Source: a bacterium (GTDB taxonomy: Bacteria > Acidobacteriota > Blastocatellia > HR10). From it: a DNA stretch of 64,000 bases. This document shows positions 50,213-59,807 of the stretch, one piece after another (within the stretch, counting starts at the first letter, position 1; each line of letters begins with the position of its first letter). The notes under the pieces were generated by a model that saw only the letters and a program-made list of their open reading frames with translations, searched no databases and was not told the DNA's origin. The stretch lies in the NCBI GenBank assembly GCA_041640655.1, contig JBEPZV010000010.1:1-64000 (forward strand), read 5' to 3'. The translations under genes were made by a program, and so were the position numbers.

Positions 50213-53200
50213 ATGATCAATCGCCTCATCGAATATTGCGCGCATCATAAGTTCCTCGTTCTCCTCATAGTTGGCGTGGCCGTCTTGCTCGGTCTCTATG
50301 CGATGAAGAACATCACGCTCGATGCGATCCCGGATCTCTCGGATACGCAGGTGATCATCTACTCGCGGTGGGATCGCAGCCCGGACATCATCGAGGACCA
50401 GGTCACCTATCCGATCATTACAGCGTTGCTCGGGCTGCCTCGGGTGAAGGACATTCGCGGCTTCTCGGACTTCGGCTATTCGTACGTCTACGTCATCTTC
50501 GAGGACGGGACGGACCTCTATTGGGCGCGATCGCGGACGCTGGAATACTTGAGCAGCATCCTCCCGAAGCTTCCGGAGGGCGTGCAGGTGGAGTTGGCCA
50601 AAGATGCGACGGCCGTCGGATGGGTTTTCCAGTACGCTCTGGTGGATACGACGGGGAAGCACAGCCTGGCGCAGCTCCGTTCGATTCAGGACTGGTACCT
50701 TCGGTATGAGCTGCAGGCCGTCCCAGGAGTGGCCGAAGTCGCCCCGGTGGGGGGCTTCGTCCGTCAGTATCAGGTGAACCTCGATCCCAACGCATTGCTC
50801 GCCTACCGGATTCCCCTGGAGCGGGTCGTGGAAGCGATTCGGGAGGGGAACAACGACGTCGGCGGGCGATTGATCGAGTTCTCTGGACGGGAATATATGG
50901 TGCGGGGGCGAGGGTATATCCGTTCCGTGCGCGATGTGGAGAACATCGTCGTGGGGGTGAATCCGGAGACGGGCGCGCCCATCTTGGTGAAGCACGTGGG
51001 AACGGTCGCTCTGGGGCCGGACATCCGGCGAGGCATCGCGGAGCTGGATGGCGAGGGGGAGACTGTCGGGGCCATCGTGATCATGCGCTATGGGGAGAAT
51101 GCGCTCAAGGTGATCGAGCGGGTGAAGGCGCGGCTGGCTGAGATCGAGCGCACGCTGCCCGAAGGGGTGAAGATCGTCACGACCTACGATCGGTCGGACC
51201 TGATCCTCCGCTCCATCGAGACCTTGAAGCGGACGCTCATCGAAGAGCTGACGATCGTGAGCTTGGTCATCCTCATCTTCCTCTGGCACATCCCGAGCGC
51301 CCTCATCCCGATCCTCACGATCCCGACGGCGGTGATCCTCTCGTTCATCCCCATGTACGCGATGAACATCACGGCCAATATCATGTCGTTGGGGGGGATC
51401 GCTATCGCCATCGGCGCCATGGTGGATGCCGCCATCGTCGTCGTCGAACAGACGCACAAGAAGCTCGAGCGGTGGGAAGCGGAGGGGCGGCCGGGAGATT
51501 TCCGGGATGTCGTCATCGCCGCCGTCAAGGAGGTCGGCGGGCCGAGTTTCTTCGCCCTATTGGTGATCGCGGTCTCCTTCATACCCATCTTCGCTCTGGA
51601 GGCCCAGGAGGGACGACTCTTCAAGCCGCTCGCCTTCACGAAGAATTTCTCCATGGCCATCGCGGCCGTCTTGGCCATCACGCTCGATCCGGCCATTCGG
51701 TTGCTCTTCACGCACGCGCGGGAGTTCGATTTCCGTCCCCGCTGGCTCTGTCGGCTGACCAATGCCATCCTCGTGGGGAAGATTCACGACGAAGAGCGGC
51801 ATCCCGTCAGCCGCGCGTTAATGCGGGTGTACGAACCCATCGTTCACTTCGTCCTGCGCCATCCGTATGCGACGATCGCCAGCGCTCTGCTCATCGTGGT
51901 GCTCACTGTCCCGATCTACTTCCGGCTCGGTTCGGAGTTCATGCCTCCTTTGGATGAGGGCGTTCTCCTCTACATGCCGACGACGCTGCCGGGCATCTCG
52001 GTGACCGAAGCCGCGCGGCTGCTTCAGGTTCAGGACAAGATCTTGAAATCGTTCCCCGAGGTGGAGCGCGTCTTCGGCAAAGCGGGGAGGGCGGAGACGG
52101 CTACGGATCCGGCGCCCCTCTCGATGGTGGAGACCGTCGTGGTGCTCAAGCCTCCCGAGCAATGGCCGAAGGTGAAGCGCTGGTATTCCGATTGGGCGCC
52201 GCCGTGGATGCAGAGGGTTCTTCGGCGCATTTGGCCCGATCGTCGGACGACCGAGGAGTTGATCTACGGTCCGGGGGGATTGAACGAAGCTCTGCAGCTG
52301 CCGGGCGTCGTCAATGCCTGGACGATGCCCATCAAGGCGCGTATTGACATGCTCACGACCGGCGTGCGGACGCCCGTGGGCATCAAGATCCTCGGCGATG
52401 ATTTGAACAAGATCCAGGAGATCGGCGAGCACATCGAGCGCGTGCTCCGCGATGTCCCCGGGACGACGAGTGTCTTCGCCGAGCGCACGGCCGGCGGGTA
52501 CTTCCTGGACTTCGCCCTCAAGCGCGAGGAGCTCGCCCGCTACGGTCTCACTATCGGTCAGGCGCAGATGGTCATCCTGTCGGCCATCGGCGGAGAGAAC
52601 ATCACCATGACGGTCGAGGGACGGGAGCGCTACCCGGTCAACGTTCGCTACCTGCGCGACTACCGGAGCACGCTCGATCGGTTGAGCCGCGTCCTCGTCC
52701 CCACGCCCACCGGCGCCCAGATCCCGATCGCCCAGATCGCCGAGATCCGGCTCGCTTACGGTCCCGGGATGATTCGGGACGAGAATGGCCGATTGAGCGG
52801 CTACGTCTACGTGGATGTCTCCGGACGCGATATCGGAGGGTATGTGGAGGAAGCCAAGCGCCTCGTCCGGGAGAAGGTCCCGCTGCCGCCCGGATACACA
52901 TTGGTCTGGAGCGGCCAGTATGAGTACATGCTGCGCGTGAGAGAGCGGTTGGCGATCGTGGTCCCGATCACCCTCTTCATCATCTTCCTGCTGCTGTACG
53001 GCAATACCGGTTCAGCAGCCAAGACGCTCATCATTTTTCTGGCCGTGCCCTTCTCGGCGGTCGGCGCGATCTGGCTGCTCTATCTGCTCGACTACAATCT
53101 GAGCATCGCCGTGTGGGTGGGACTGATCGCCTTATTAGGCGTGGATGCTGAGACGGGCGTGTTCATGCTGCTCTATCTCGATCTGGCCTATCAGGAGATG

Positions 53201-53491
53201 CGTTCAAAGGGCATGATGAAGACGCGGGAGCATCTGCATGAGGCCATCGTGCACGGGGCCGTCAAACGGCTGCGCCCGAAGTTCATGACGGTGGCTACGA
53301 TGTTCATGGGATTGGTCCCCATCATGTGGTCCACCGGTGCTGGGGCGGACGTGATGAAGCGGATCGCAGCACCGATGATCGGCGGCATCTTCACTTCGTT
53401 CCTCATGGAGCTCGTGGTCTATCCGGCCATCTACGATCTGTGGCGCTGGCATTTTCACGTGAAGAAGGAGGCGCGGGCGGCCGGAGCGTGA
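50213..53491 (+). CDS. cusA: CusA/SilA-type Cu(I)/Ag(I) HME-RND efflux pump
   Basis: DAIPDLSDTQVI, EDQVTYP, YWARSR, GSEFMP, PLSMVET, WTMPIK.RIDML (Met triad), R.RPK.MT. Confidence 0.93.
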   Translation: MINRLIEYCAHHKFLVLLIVGVAVLLGLYAMKNITLDAIPDLSDTQVIIYSRWDRSPDIIEDQVTYPIITALLGLPRVKDIRGFSDFGYSYVYVIFEDGTDLYWARSRTLEYLSSILPKLPEGVQVELAKDATAVGWVFQYALVDTTGKHSLAQLRSIQDWYLRYELQAVPGVAEVAPVGGFVRQYQVNLDPNALLAYRIPLERVVEAIREGNNDVGGRLIEFSGREYMVRGRGYIRSVRDVENIVVGVNPETGAPILVKHVGTVALGPDIRRGIAELDGEGETVGAIVIMRYGENALKVIERVKARLAEIERTLPEGVKIVTTYDRSDLILRSIETLKRTLIEELTIVSLVILIFLWHIPSALIPILTIPTAVILSFIPMYAMNITANIMSLGGIAIAIGAMVDAAIVVVEQTHKKLERWEAEGRPGDFRDVVIAAVKEVGGPSFFALLVIAVSFIPIFALEAQEGRLFKPLAFTKNFSMAIAAVLAITLDPAIRLLFTHAREFDFRPRWLCRLTNAILVGKIHDEERHPVSRALMRVYEPIVHFVLRHPYATIASALLIVVLTVPIYFRLGSEFMPPLDEGVLLYMPTTLPGISVTEAARLLQVQDKILKSFPEVERVFGKAGRAETATDPAPLSMVETVVVLKPPEQWPKVKRWYSDWAPPWMQRVLRRIWPDRRTTEELIYGPGGLNEALQLPGVVNAWTMPIKARIDMLTTGVRTPVGIKILGDDLNKIQEIGEHIERVLRDVPGTTSVFAERTAGGYFLDFALKREELARYGLTIGQAQMVILSAIGGENITMTVEGRERYPVNVRYLRDYRSTLDRLSRVLVPTPTGAQIPIAQIAEIRLAYGPGMIRDENGRLSGYVYVDVSGRDIGGYVEEAKRLVREKVPLPPGYTLVWSGQYEYMLRVRERLAIVVPITLFIIFLLLYGNTGSAAKTLIIFLAVPFSAVGAIWLLYLLDYNLSIAVWVGLIALLGVDAETGVFMLLYLDLAYQEMRSKGMMKTREHLHEAIVHGAVKRLRPKFMTVATMFMGLVPIMWSTGAGADVMKRIAAPMIGGIFTSFLMELVVYPAIYDLWRWHFHVKKEARAAGA

Positions 53492-54804
53492 TGAGCGGTA
53501 TGGGGGTCCGACGCGTGGAGGAGGGACTTCGCTTCGGATCGGGCGCGGGGAGCCAAGCGGGGAGATCCGCGTGGTGTGCGCTGCTCCCCTTGGGGATCGG
53601 TGTCATCCTGGGGCCGACGGGCTTGGGATGGCTTCACCCATTTGTTCTGCCGGGGGGATGGGAGGTCGGCGATGGAGGCTGGTCGCGCGCGGTAATCGCG
53701 GGGATAGCGGAATTGGGGTTGGTGCAGATCGTTTTCCTCGCAGGAGCGCGCGACGGACAAGAGTCCTGGAGATGGGGGGCACTCTTGCGTCTGGCCGCGA
53801 GTCGTTTCGCCTTCGGGGCAGGAAGTCTTCTGGTCGTGGCGCTTGCGCTCGGTATCGAAGGCGCGGCGGCCTGCGCCATCGCCGGTGCGCTCTCGACGGC
53901 GAGCTTTGTGCTCTCGCCCTTTAGCTCGGTGGGGGCGAGAAGAGAGGAGCCGAGGGCGGCCGATCCGGCATCCGTGCTGGCCGTTCTCGGAGCGCTTCTG
54001 GTTCTCATCGCCGTGGGATGGGAGTGGACGTCGAGCTCCGGCGCCCATCTGGTTGCAATCGGTGTCGGACTCTACATCGTGAAGACGGGACTGGTGGTCG
54101 GAATCGCTGATCGTATTCTCGCGTGGTACGCGATGCGTGCGGAGAGGTGGGCGAAGCTCGAGCGGAGCGCCGGTGCGGATTCGTCCCCCGGGATCGAACT
54201 TCGCCACCAGACATTTGTGGGCTTCCTCGTTTTGTTCGCGATCTTCTATGGATGGGCGGCCTGGCGGGTCGGGCCTCTCGCGGCGATAGGCGTGGCCTAT
54301 TTGGGAGGAAGGCGGTTTGGCCGTTCGCCCTTCCAGAGCAGAGGCGCGGCGAGCGCTTTTCCCTGGCTGGTCCGACTGCCGGTATGGACGTTCTTTCTGG
54401 CATTGGGGGCGACCCTCGATGCGCGAGCGCTCGGCCAGAGGATCGGGGAATTCCTCGCGCTTCTTGGGGGCGGAGTGATCGGGAGGTCTCTCGGTGCGCT
54501 CGCCATCGCGCGGTGGATGCGATCGAGCGACTCAACGGATGTCCCCTGCGATTCAAAAGGTCGCGCGACGGCCAGAGGTCCCCGCGTGCTCGAAATGCCT
54601 CTGGGAGGGGAGGTCGGCTGGGTCCTGGCGGGATTCGCTTTCTCTCGGGGCATCATCTCACCTGAGTTGCTGTCTGTAGTTCTTGGGATCATTGGCTCGA
54701 CGACGCTCGGCGCCCTCCTCTTCAGGGGAGGGGAAGCCTGGCTGTGGGCGCCCCGGGTGTGCGATGGCGCCACGCCGAATTCTTTAAGAGGAGGGAAGCA
54801 GTGA
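53491..54804 (+). CDS. Divergent cation:proton antiporter (CPA2/KefB)-like membrane protein
   Basis: Polytopic; GVILGPTGLG, ELG..IVFLAG, FF..LG, GEV landmarks; start overlaps the cusA stop (TGATG). Confidence 0.55.
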   Translation: MSGMGVRRVEEGLRFGSGAGSQAGRSAWCALLPLGIGVILGPTGLGWLHPFVLPGGWEVGDGGWSRAVIAGIAELGLVQIVFLAGARDGQESWRWGALLRLAASRFAFGAGSLLVVALALGIEGAAACAIAGALSTASFVLSPFSSVGARREEPRAADPASVLAVLGALLVLIAVGWEWTSSSGAHLVAIGVGLYIVKTGLVVGIADRILAWYAMRAERWAKLERSAGADSSPGIELRHQTFVGFLVLFAIFYGWAAWRVGPLAAIGVAYLGGRRFGRSPFQSRGAASAFPWLVRLPVWTFFLALGATLDARALGQRIGEFLALLGGGVIGRSLGALAIARWMRSSDSTDVPCDSKGRATARGPRVLEMPLGGEVGWVLAGFAFSRGIISPELLSVVLGIIGSTTLGALLFRGGEAWLWAPRVCDGATPNSLRGGKQ

Positions 54805-55517
54805 AGTCCGGGAAAGTGATGGGGGTCTTCTTCATTTCGGTCTTCACAGCGGGGGTCCGAAGCGGCCTCGCTCAGGAGTTCCGCATCCCCGTTCGACACG
54901 ATCACGCTCTGGGGTCTTGTCGGGGCGAGCTGGTGATCACGGGCGATGAGATCGCGTATCAAACGGCGCACCGTCACCATGCGCGCCGATGGCGATTCTC
55001 GGAGATTCGGATGCTCACGGTCGCCTCGCGCACGGAGCTGATCATTCTCACATATGAATCCGGCCGATGGACATTTGGGCGGGATCGTGCCTTCCGATTC
55101 CGGGTTGCGGAAGGAGAGCTCTCGCCGGAGGTGGGGGCGTTTCTCCTCTCGAGGATTGAGCGACCCATGGCGATGGCTCTCGCCGCCCCTTGGCGAGAGC
55201 CTCTGCAGGAGCTCGCCGTGCGCCACCGCCATCGTTTCGGAGGATGCCAGGGGGTGCTTCGCCTTCATCCGGAAGGCGTGGCCTACGTCTCGTCGGACCG
55301 TCCGCGGGATTCCCGCTTTTGGCGGTGGTCGGATATTCAGGGGATCGGTCGGCTCGGCCCTCATCAGTTCGAGGTCACAACGTATGAACCGGAGTTCGGC
55401 GGGCCTACGCGCACCTATGTGTTCGATCTGAAAACGAGCCTGTCGAACGAGGCGTACGATTTCATCTGGGAAAGGGTCTATCGTACGACGCCTCATGCGA
55501 CCGAGGGACTTCGCTGA
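54801..55517 (+). CDS. Exported hypothetical protein with two repeats carrying an HxH..GxCxG motif
   Basis: SD GAGG then GTG; signal peptide; internal duplication. Confidence 0.7.
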   Translation: MKSGKVMGVFFISVFTAGVRSGLAQEFRIPVRHDHALGSCRGELVITGDEIAYQTAHRHHARRWRFSEIRMLTVASRTELIILTYESGRWTFGRDRAFRFRVAEGELSPEVGAFLLSRIERPMAMALAAPWREPLQELAVRHRHRFGGCQGVLRLHPEGVAYVSSDRPRDSRFWRWSDIQGIGRLGPHQFEVTTYEPEFGGPTRTYVFDLKTSLSNEAYDFIWERVYRTTPHATEGLR

Positions 55518-55597
55518 AGGAGTTCCCATGTGGGGCGTTCGGGCGAGCGCCTTCGCCTGAGAGCGAAGGTGAAATCCAGTTGATCTGGAGGAGGGAG

Positions 55598-55978
55598 ATG
55601 AAGACCATCTGGTCGCTTCTCAGCATCGTGTTCATCGTCGGCGTGAGCGTGTGGGCTCAGCACGCGCATCCGTCGGGGACCACTCGCGAGATGACGATCG
55701 TGGGAGAAGTGATTGATCCGGTGTGCTATCTCAGCCACGGGTCCACGGGAAAAGCGCATCGCAAGTGCGCCGAGTATTGCGTGCGGCAGGGGATTCCACT
55801 CGGCATTTTGGAGGAGAAGACGGGGCGGGTGTACCTCTCGCTTCCCGTGGATCATTCCAATCCGAACGCGAAGCTGAAGGATTTCATCGCCGAGAAGGTG
55901 AAAGTGACGGGGACGGTCTACAGTAAGGGCGGGCTCACGGGCATCCACGTGAAGCGCGTCGAGCGGGTTGGGGCATAG
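55598..55978 (+). CDS. Small periplasmic Cys/His protein (OB-fold-like, putative metal chaperone)
   Basis: SD GGAGG; signal peptide ending VWA; GEVIDPVCY..H..H..CAEYC..G motif. Confidence 0.75.
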   Translation: MKTIWSLLSIVFIVGVSVWAQHAHPSGTTREMTIVGEVIDPVCYLSHGSTGKAHRKCAEYCVRQGIPLGILEEKTGRVYLSLPVDHSNPNAKLKDFIAEKVKVTGTVYSKGGLTGIHVKRVERVGA

Positions 55979-56129
55979 GCGCCTCAATTCGCCAAGGGCT
56001 CAGGACGAACACGCCTGGCTGTGGATGGGGTGTCCCACCGAGGGCATCGCGAGGGAGGGGTTTCGTTTTCATCGAGCGTGGGGGACAATATAGTCTTCGC
56101 GCGAAGTCAATCGAATGGGAGGAGGACAT

Positions 56130-58586
56130 ATGCACGACATCAGGGACGCGCGGCCAGGAGCCGGAGCCTCGGTGATGGATCCGGTATGTGGGATGGTGGT
56201 GAGTCCGGAGCGGGCGGCGGGCTCGCTGGAATACGAAGGGCGAACGTACTTCTTCTGCTGCGAACACTGCTTGGAGAAGTTTCGCGCAGAGCCGGGGCGG
56301 TACGCGGGTCGCGCCGAACAATGGCTCACGCTTCGGCGCCTTCGCCGGGAGCCAGAGCCACATCCCGCAGTAGAAGGCGAGTATGCATGTCCTATGCACG
56401 CGGAGGTGCGGCAGGCGCGGCCGGGAACGTGTCCGGAATGTGGGATGGCTTTGGAGCCATTCTCACCCTCGGTGTGGGAGTACACGTGTCCGATGCACCC
56501 GGAGGTGGTGCGACGGGAACCCGGAGCCTGTCCGATCTGTGGGATGGCCTTAGAGCCGAAGCTCGCGCTCGGCCAGGAGCCTCCCCAACCGGAGCTTGTG
56601 GACATGAGCCGCCGATTTTGGCTCAGCTTGGTATTGACAGCACCGATCCTGCTCTTGGCCATGTCCGATCTGATCGGGGGGATCCGCGGCCTGCCGGCCC
56701 GCTGGCTCAACGGGATTCAACTCGTCCTCGCCACGCCGGTCGTCCTCTGGGGGGGATGGCCGTTCTTCCATCGCGCGTGGATGTCGGTGAAGCACCGACG
56801 ACCGAATATGTTCACGTTGATCGCCATGGGCACGGGGGCGGCCTATCTCTACAGCGTGGTCGCGGCGCTCTTTCCCGGCCTTTTCCCATCCTCGTTTCGG
56901 GGCTCACAGGGTGAGGTCGCCGTCTATTTCGAAGCGGCGGCCGTCATCACGACCCTTGTCCTGCTGGGACAAGTGTTAGAATTGCGGGGTCGCCGTCGGA
57001 CGGGTGGCGCGATTCGCGCCTTGCTCGGTTTGACGCCACGGACCGCTCGTGTGGTTCGCGGCGAAGGGGAAGAGGAGGACGTGCTCCTGGAGCGCGTGCG
57101 CGTGGGCGATCGTCTTCGAGTGCGTCCGGGAGAGCGCATCCCCGTGGATGGTGTTGTGCTCGAAGGCACGAGCTTCGTAGATGAGTCCATGGTGACGGGC
57201 GAGCCGATGCCGGTGGAGAAGGGGCCCGGGAGTTGGGTCATCGGAGGGACGGTCAATGGGACGGGCAGCTTCCTGATGCGCGCCGAGCGCGTCGGTCATG
57301 AGATGCTCTTGCAGCAGATCGTGCGCCTGGTGAGCGAGGCGCAGCGCAGTCGGGCGCCGATCCAGCAGTTGGCCGATCGGGTATCGGCTTACTTCGTCCC
57401 CGCGGTCATTCTCGTGGCAGCGATCACGTTCCTGGTCTGGAGCGTCGTGGGTCCGGAGCCGCGTCTGGCGCATGCGCTGGTGAATGCCGTCGCCGTCTTG
57501 ATCATCGCGTGTCCCTGCGCTTTGGGGCTCGCCACGCCGATGGCGATCATGGTGGGGACGGGCCGAGGCGCTCTGGCTGGCGTGCTGGTGCGGAATGCCG
57601 AGGCCCTGGAGCTGTTGGAGAAGGTGGACACGCTCATCCTTGATAAGACGGGTACGCTCACGGAAGGGCGGCCGCACTTGATCTCCATCGTCGCGTTGGC
57701 GGAGTTGACCGAGGCCGAAGTGCTTCGCTCCGCCGCGAGTCTGGAACGTGGGAGTGAGCATCCTGCGGCGCATGCCGTACTGGAGGCTGCCGAACGGAGG
57801 GGGATCGCGCTGGCCGAAGTGCGGGACTTCCGATCGCTCCCGGGGAGGGGAGCGCAAGGGGTGGTTGATGGACATGCGGTGGCCATCGGAAACGAGCGGC
57901 TCATCGAAGAGCTCGGTCTGGAGACCGAGGCCGATATGGTGCGTCCTCAAGTCGAAGCCATGCGACGCCGCGGGCAAACGGTTCTCTTCGTCATCGTGGA
58001 TGGGGAGCTGGTCGGGCTTCTCGGGGTCGCCGATCCCATCAAGGAATCGGCGCGTGAGGCCATCGCGGCGCTGCGTCGGGAGAAGCTGCGCATTGTGATG
58101 GTCACGGGCGATCATCGCCAAACGGCCGAGGCGGTGGCTCGCGAGTTAGGGATTGATGAGGTGATCGCCGAGGTGATGCCCGAGCAGAAGGCCGATGTGG
58201 TGAGGCGTCTGAAGGCCGAAGGTCGCTGCGTGGCGATGGCCGGGGATGGCGTGAATGATGCGCCTGCACTCGCTGAAGCTCATGTGGGCATCGCCATGGG
58301 GACGGGGACAGACGTCGCCATCGAGAGCGCGGCCATTGTGCTTGTGAAGGGGGATGTGCGCGGGATCGTGCGCGCTCGGCGGCTCAGCCGGGCGACGATG
58401 CGGAACATCCGGCAAAATCTCTTCTTCGCCTTTGCGTATAACCTACTCGGCGTGCCTATTGCGGCCGGCATCTTCTATCCGATCTTCGGACTCTCGCTGA
58501 GTCCGATGATCGCAGCGGCGGCGATGACGTTCAGCTCGGTCTCGGTCGTCGCGAATGCTTTGCGTCTGCACCGGCTTGCCCTCTGA
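56130..58586 (+). CDS. copA: Cu(I)-translocating P1B-type ATPase with a YHS domain and two CPMHx heavy-metal-binding domains
   Basis: [57 protein letters not shown]...MxxSS. Confidence 0.95.
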   Translation: MHDIRDARPGAGASVMDPVCGMVVSPERAAGSLEYEGRTYFFCCEHCLEKFRAEPGRYAGRAEQWLTLRRLRREPEPHPAVEGEYACPMHAEVRQARPGTCPECGMALEPFSPSVWEYTCPMHPEVVRREPGACPICGMALEPKLALGQEPPQPELVDMSRRFWLSLVLTAPILLLAMSDLIGGIRGLPARWLNGIQLVLATPVVLWGGWPFFHRAWMSVKHRRPNMFTLIAMGTGAAYLYSVVAALFPGLFPSSFRGSQGEVAVYFEAAAVITTLVLLGQVLELRGRRRTGGAIRALLGLTPRTARVVRGEGEEEDVLLERVRVGDRLRVRPGERIPVDGVVLEGTSFVDESMVTGEPMPVEKGPGSWVIGGTVNGTGSFLMRAERVGHEMLLQQIVRLVSEAQRSRAPIQQLADRVSAYFVPAVILVAAITFLVWSVVGPEPRLAHALVNAVAVLIIACPCALGLATPMAIMVGTGRGALAGVLVRNAEALELLEKVDTLILDKTGTLTEGRPHLISIVALAELTEAEVLRSAASLERGSEHPAAHAVLEAAERRGIALAEVRDFRSLPGRGAQGVVDGHAVAIGNERLIEELGLETEADMVRPQVEAMRRRGQTVLFVIVDGELVGLLGVADPIKESAREAIAALRREKLRIVMVTGDHRQTAEAVARELGIDEVIAEVMPEQKADVVRRLKAEGRCVAMAGDGVNDAPALAEAHVGIAMGTGTDVAIESAAIVLVKGDVRGIVRARRLSRATMRNIRQNLFFAFAYNLLGVPIAAGIFYPIFGLSLSPMIAAAAMTFSSVSVVANALRLHRLAL

Positions 58587-58655
58587 AATAGTGGACGACA
58601 GCCCTCGGAGCTTTGTCCATGAGTCGCAGAGCGGCACGATGGGGTGGAGGTAGGG

Positions 58656-58678
58656 GGGGCGGGCCGAGGGCCCGCCCC
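58656..58678. terminator. GC-rich hairpin between the convergent copA and HU genes
   Basis: GGGGCGGGCC-GAG-GGCCCGCCCC perfect 10-bp stem followed by TTGTT. Confidence 0.6.
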
Positions 58679-58693
58679 TTGTTCAGAGCGAAG

Positions 58694-58993
58694 TCACTTC
58701 TTCGCCGGCAGGACGGAGTCCTTCAAGGTCTTGGCGATCCGAAACTTCAAGACCGTCTTGGCCGGGATCTTAATGGGCTCTCCGGTCCGCGGATTTCGAC
58801 CCATGCGAGCCTTCCGCTTGGAGAGGACGAACTTGCCGAGTCCCGGGAGCGTGAAGACACCCGCTTTCTTCAGCTCTTTGGCCACGAGCGCCGACAACTC
58901 ATCCAGGAAACCGCGAGCGGTCGCTCGGTTGACGCCGAGTTTCTCCGCCAGTTGTCCGACAAGTTGAGCCTTCGTCAGTCCCTTTTTCGCCAT
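58694..58993 (-). CDS. hup: HU family DNA-binding protein
   Basis: TKAQLV, LPGLGKF, KARMGRNPRTGE.IKIPAK; SD AGGAGGAGG. Confidence 0.93.
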   Translation of the reverse strand: MAKKGLTKAQLVGQLAEKLGVNRATARGFLDELSALVAKELKKAGVFTLPGLGKFVLSKRKARMGRNPRTGEPIKIPAKTVLKFRIAKTLKDSVLPAKK

Positions 58994-59051
58994 ATCCTCC
59001 TCCTGTAGCTTGAGATGCTCACCGCACGAGCGCCCCTATCTTAGCACGAAA

Positions 59052-59675
59052 TCACGAGCGCGTCACCGACAGGACTTCCTCTTCAGGGACTTCGCGCCGG
59101 TGCAGGACCTTATCAATCAGGCCGTAGGCGACGGCTTGATCGGCCGTGAGGATGAAATCGCGCTCCACGTCCCGCTCGATCTGTTCGATCGTGCGCCCGG
59201 TATGCTTGGCCAGCAGCGAGCTGATCAGGCGTCGCAAGCGCATCAACTCCTCGGCGTGGATGCGAATGTCGGTGGCCTGCCCCGAGATGCCGTAGATGTA
59301 CGGCTGGTAGATCACGATTCGAGAGCTGGGGAGCGCATATCGCTTCCCCGGGGCTCCGGCCGCCAGCAGCAGGGCGGCGATCGCTTCCGCCTCCCCGGTG
59401 CAGATCGTCGCCACGTCGGGGCGGATGAATTGCATGGTATCGTAGATGGCGAGGCCTGCCGTGAGCGACCCTCCCGGGCTGTTGATGTAGAGGTTGATGT
59501 CCCGATCTGGGTCCTCGGCCTCAAGATAGAGCAGTTGCGCGATGATCAGATTGGCCACCTGATCGTCAATGGGAGTGCCCAGGAAGACGATGCGCTCCTT
59601 CAAGAGGCGAGAGTAGATGTCGTAGGCGCGTTCGCCGCGACTTGTCGTCTCAACCACGATCGGCACAAAGTGCAT
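59052..59675 (-). CDS. ClpP-family subunit lacking catalytic Ser and His (ClpR-like)
   Basis: [26 protein letters not shown] conserved; GEAEA in place of GQAAS; IYQP in place of IHQP. Confidence 0.85.
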   Translation of the reverse strand: MHFVPIVVETTSRGERAYDIYSRLLKERIVFLGTPIDDQVANLIIAQLLYLEAEDPDRDINLYINSPGGSLTAGLAIYDTMQFIRPDVATICTGEAEAIAALLLAAGAPGKRYALPSSRIVIYQPYIYGISGQATDIRIHAEELMRLRRLISSLLAKHTGRTIEQIERDVERDFILTADQAVAYGLIDKVLHRREVPEEEVLSVTRS

Positions 59676-59696
59676 AACTTCACCTCCCGCTCTGCA

Positions 59697-59724
59697 ATTT
59701 TAGCATGAATCGGCGCTCTGGCAA
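59697..59724 (-). promoter_or_regulatory. Putative sigma70 promoter for the clpP-like gene (TTGCCA-16-TAAAAT, extended -10 TG)
   Basis: TGcTAAAAT at 59705-59697; SD GGAGG downstream. Confidence 0.5.
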
Positions 59725-59807
59725 TCGCTGCCGCTTGTTCTCACGACCCGTCGGGGCCTTGCTTTTCGAGGAGAAATCGGCTATCACTCGCAAACAGTGA
59801 AGCGGTC

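Noticed and set aside
59719..59736. TGGCA as a sigma54 -24 element beside the NifA-like gene
   Set aside because: GG-N10-GC spacing is not met; it fits better as the -35 of the clpP-like promoter on the other strand.
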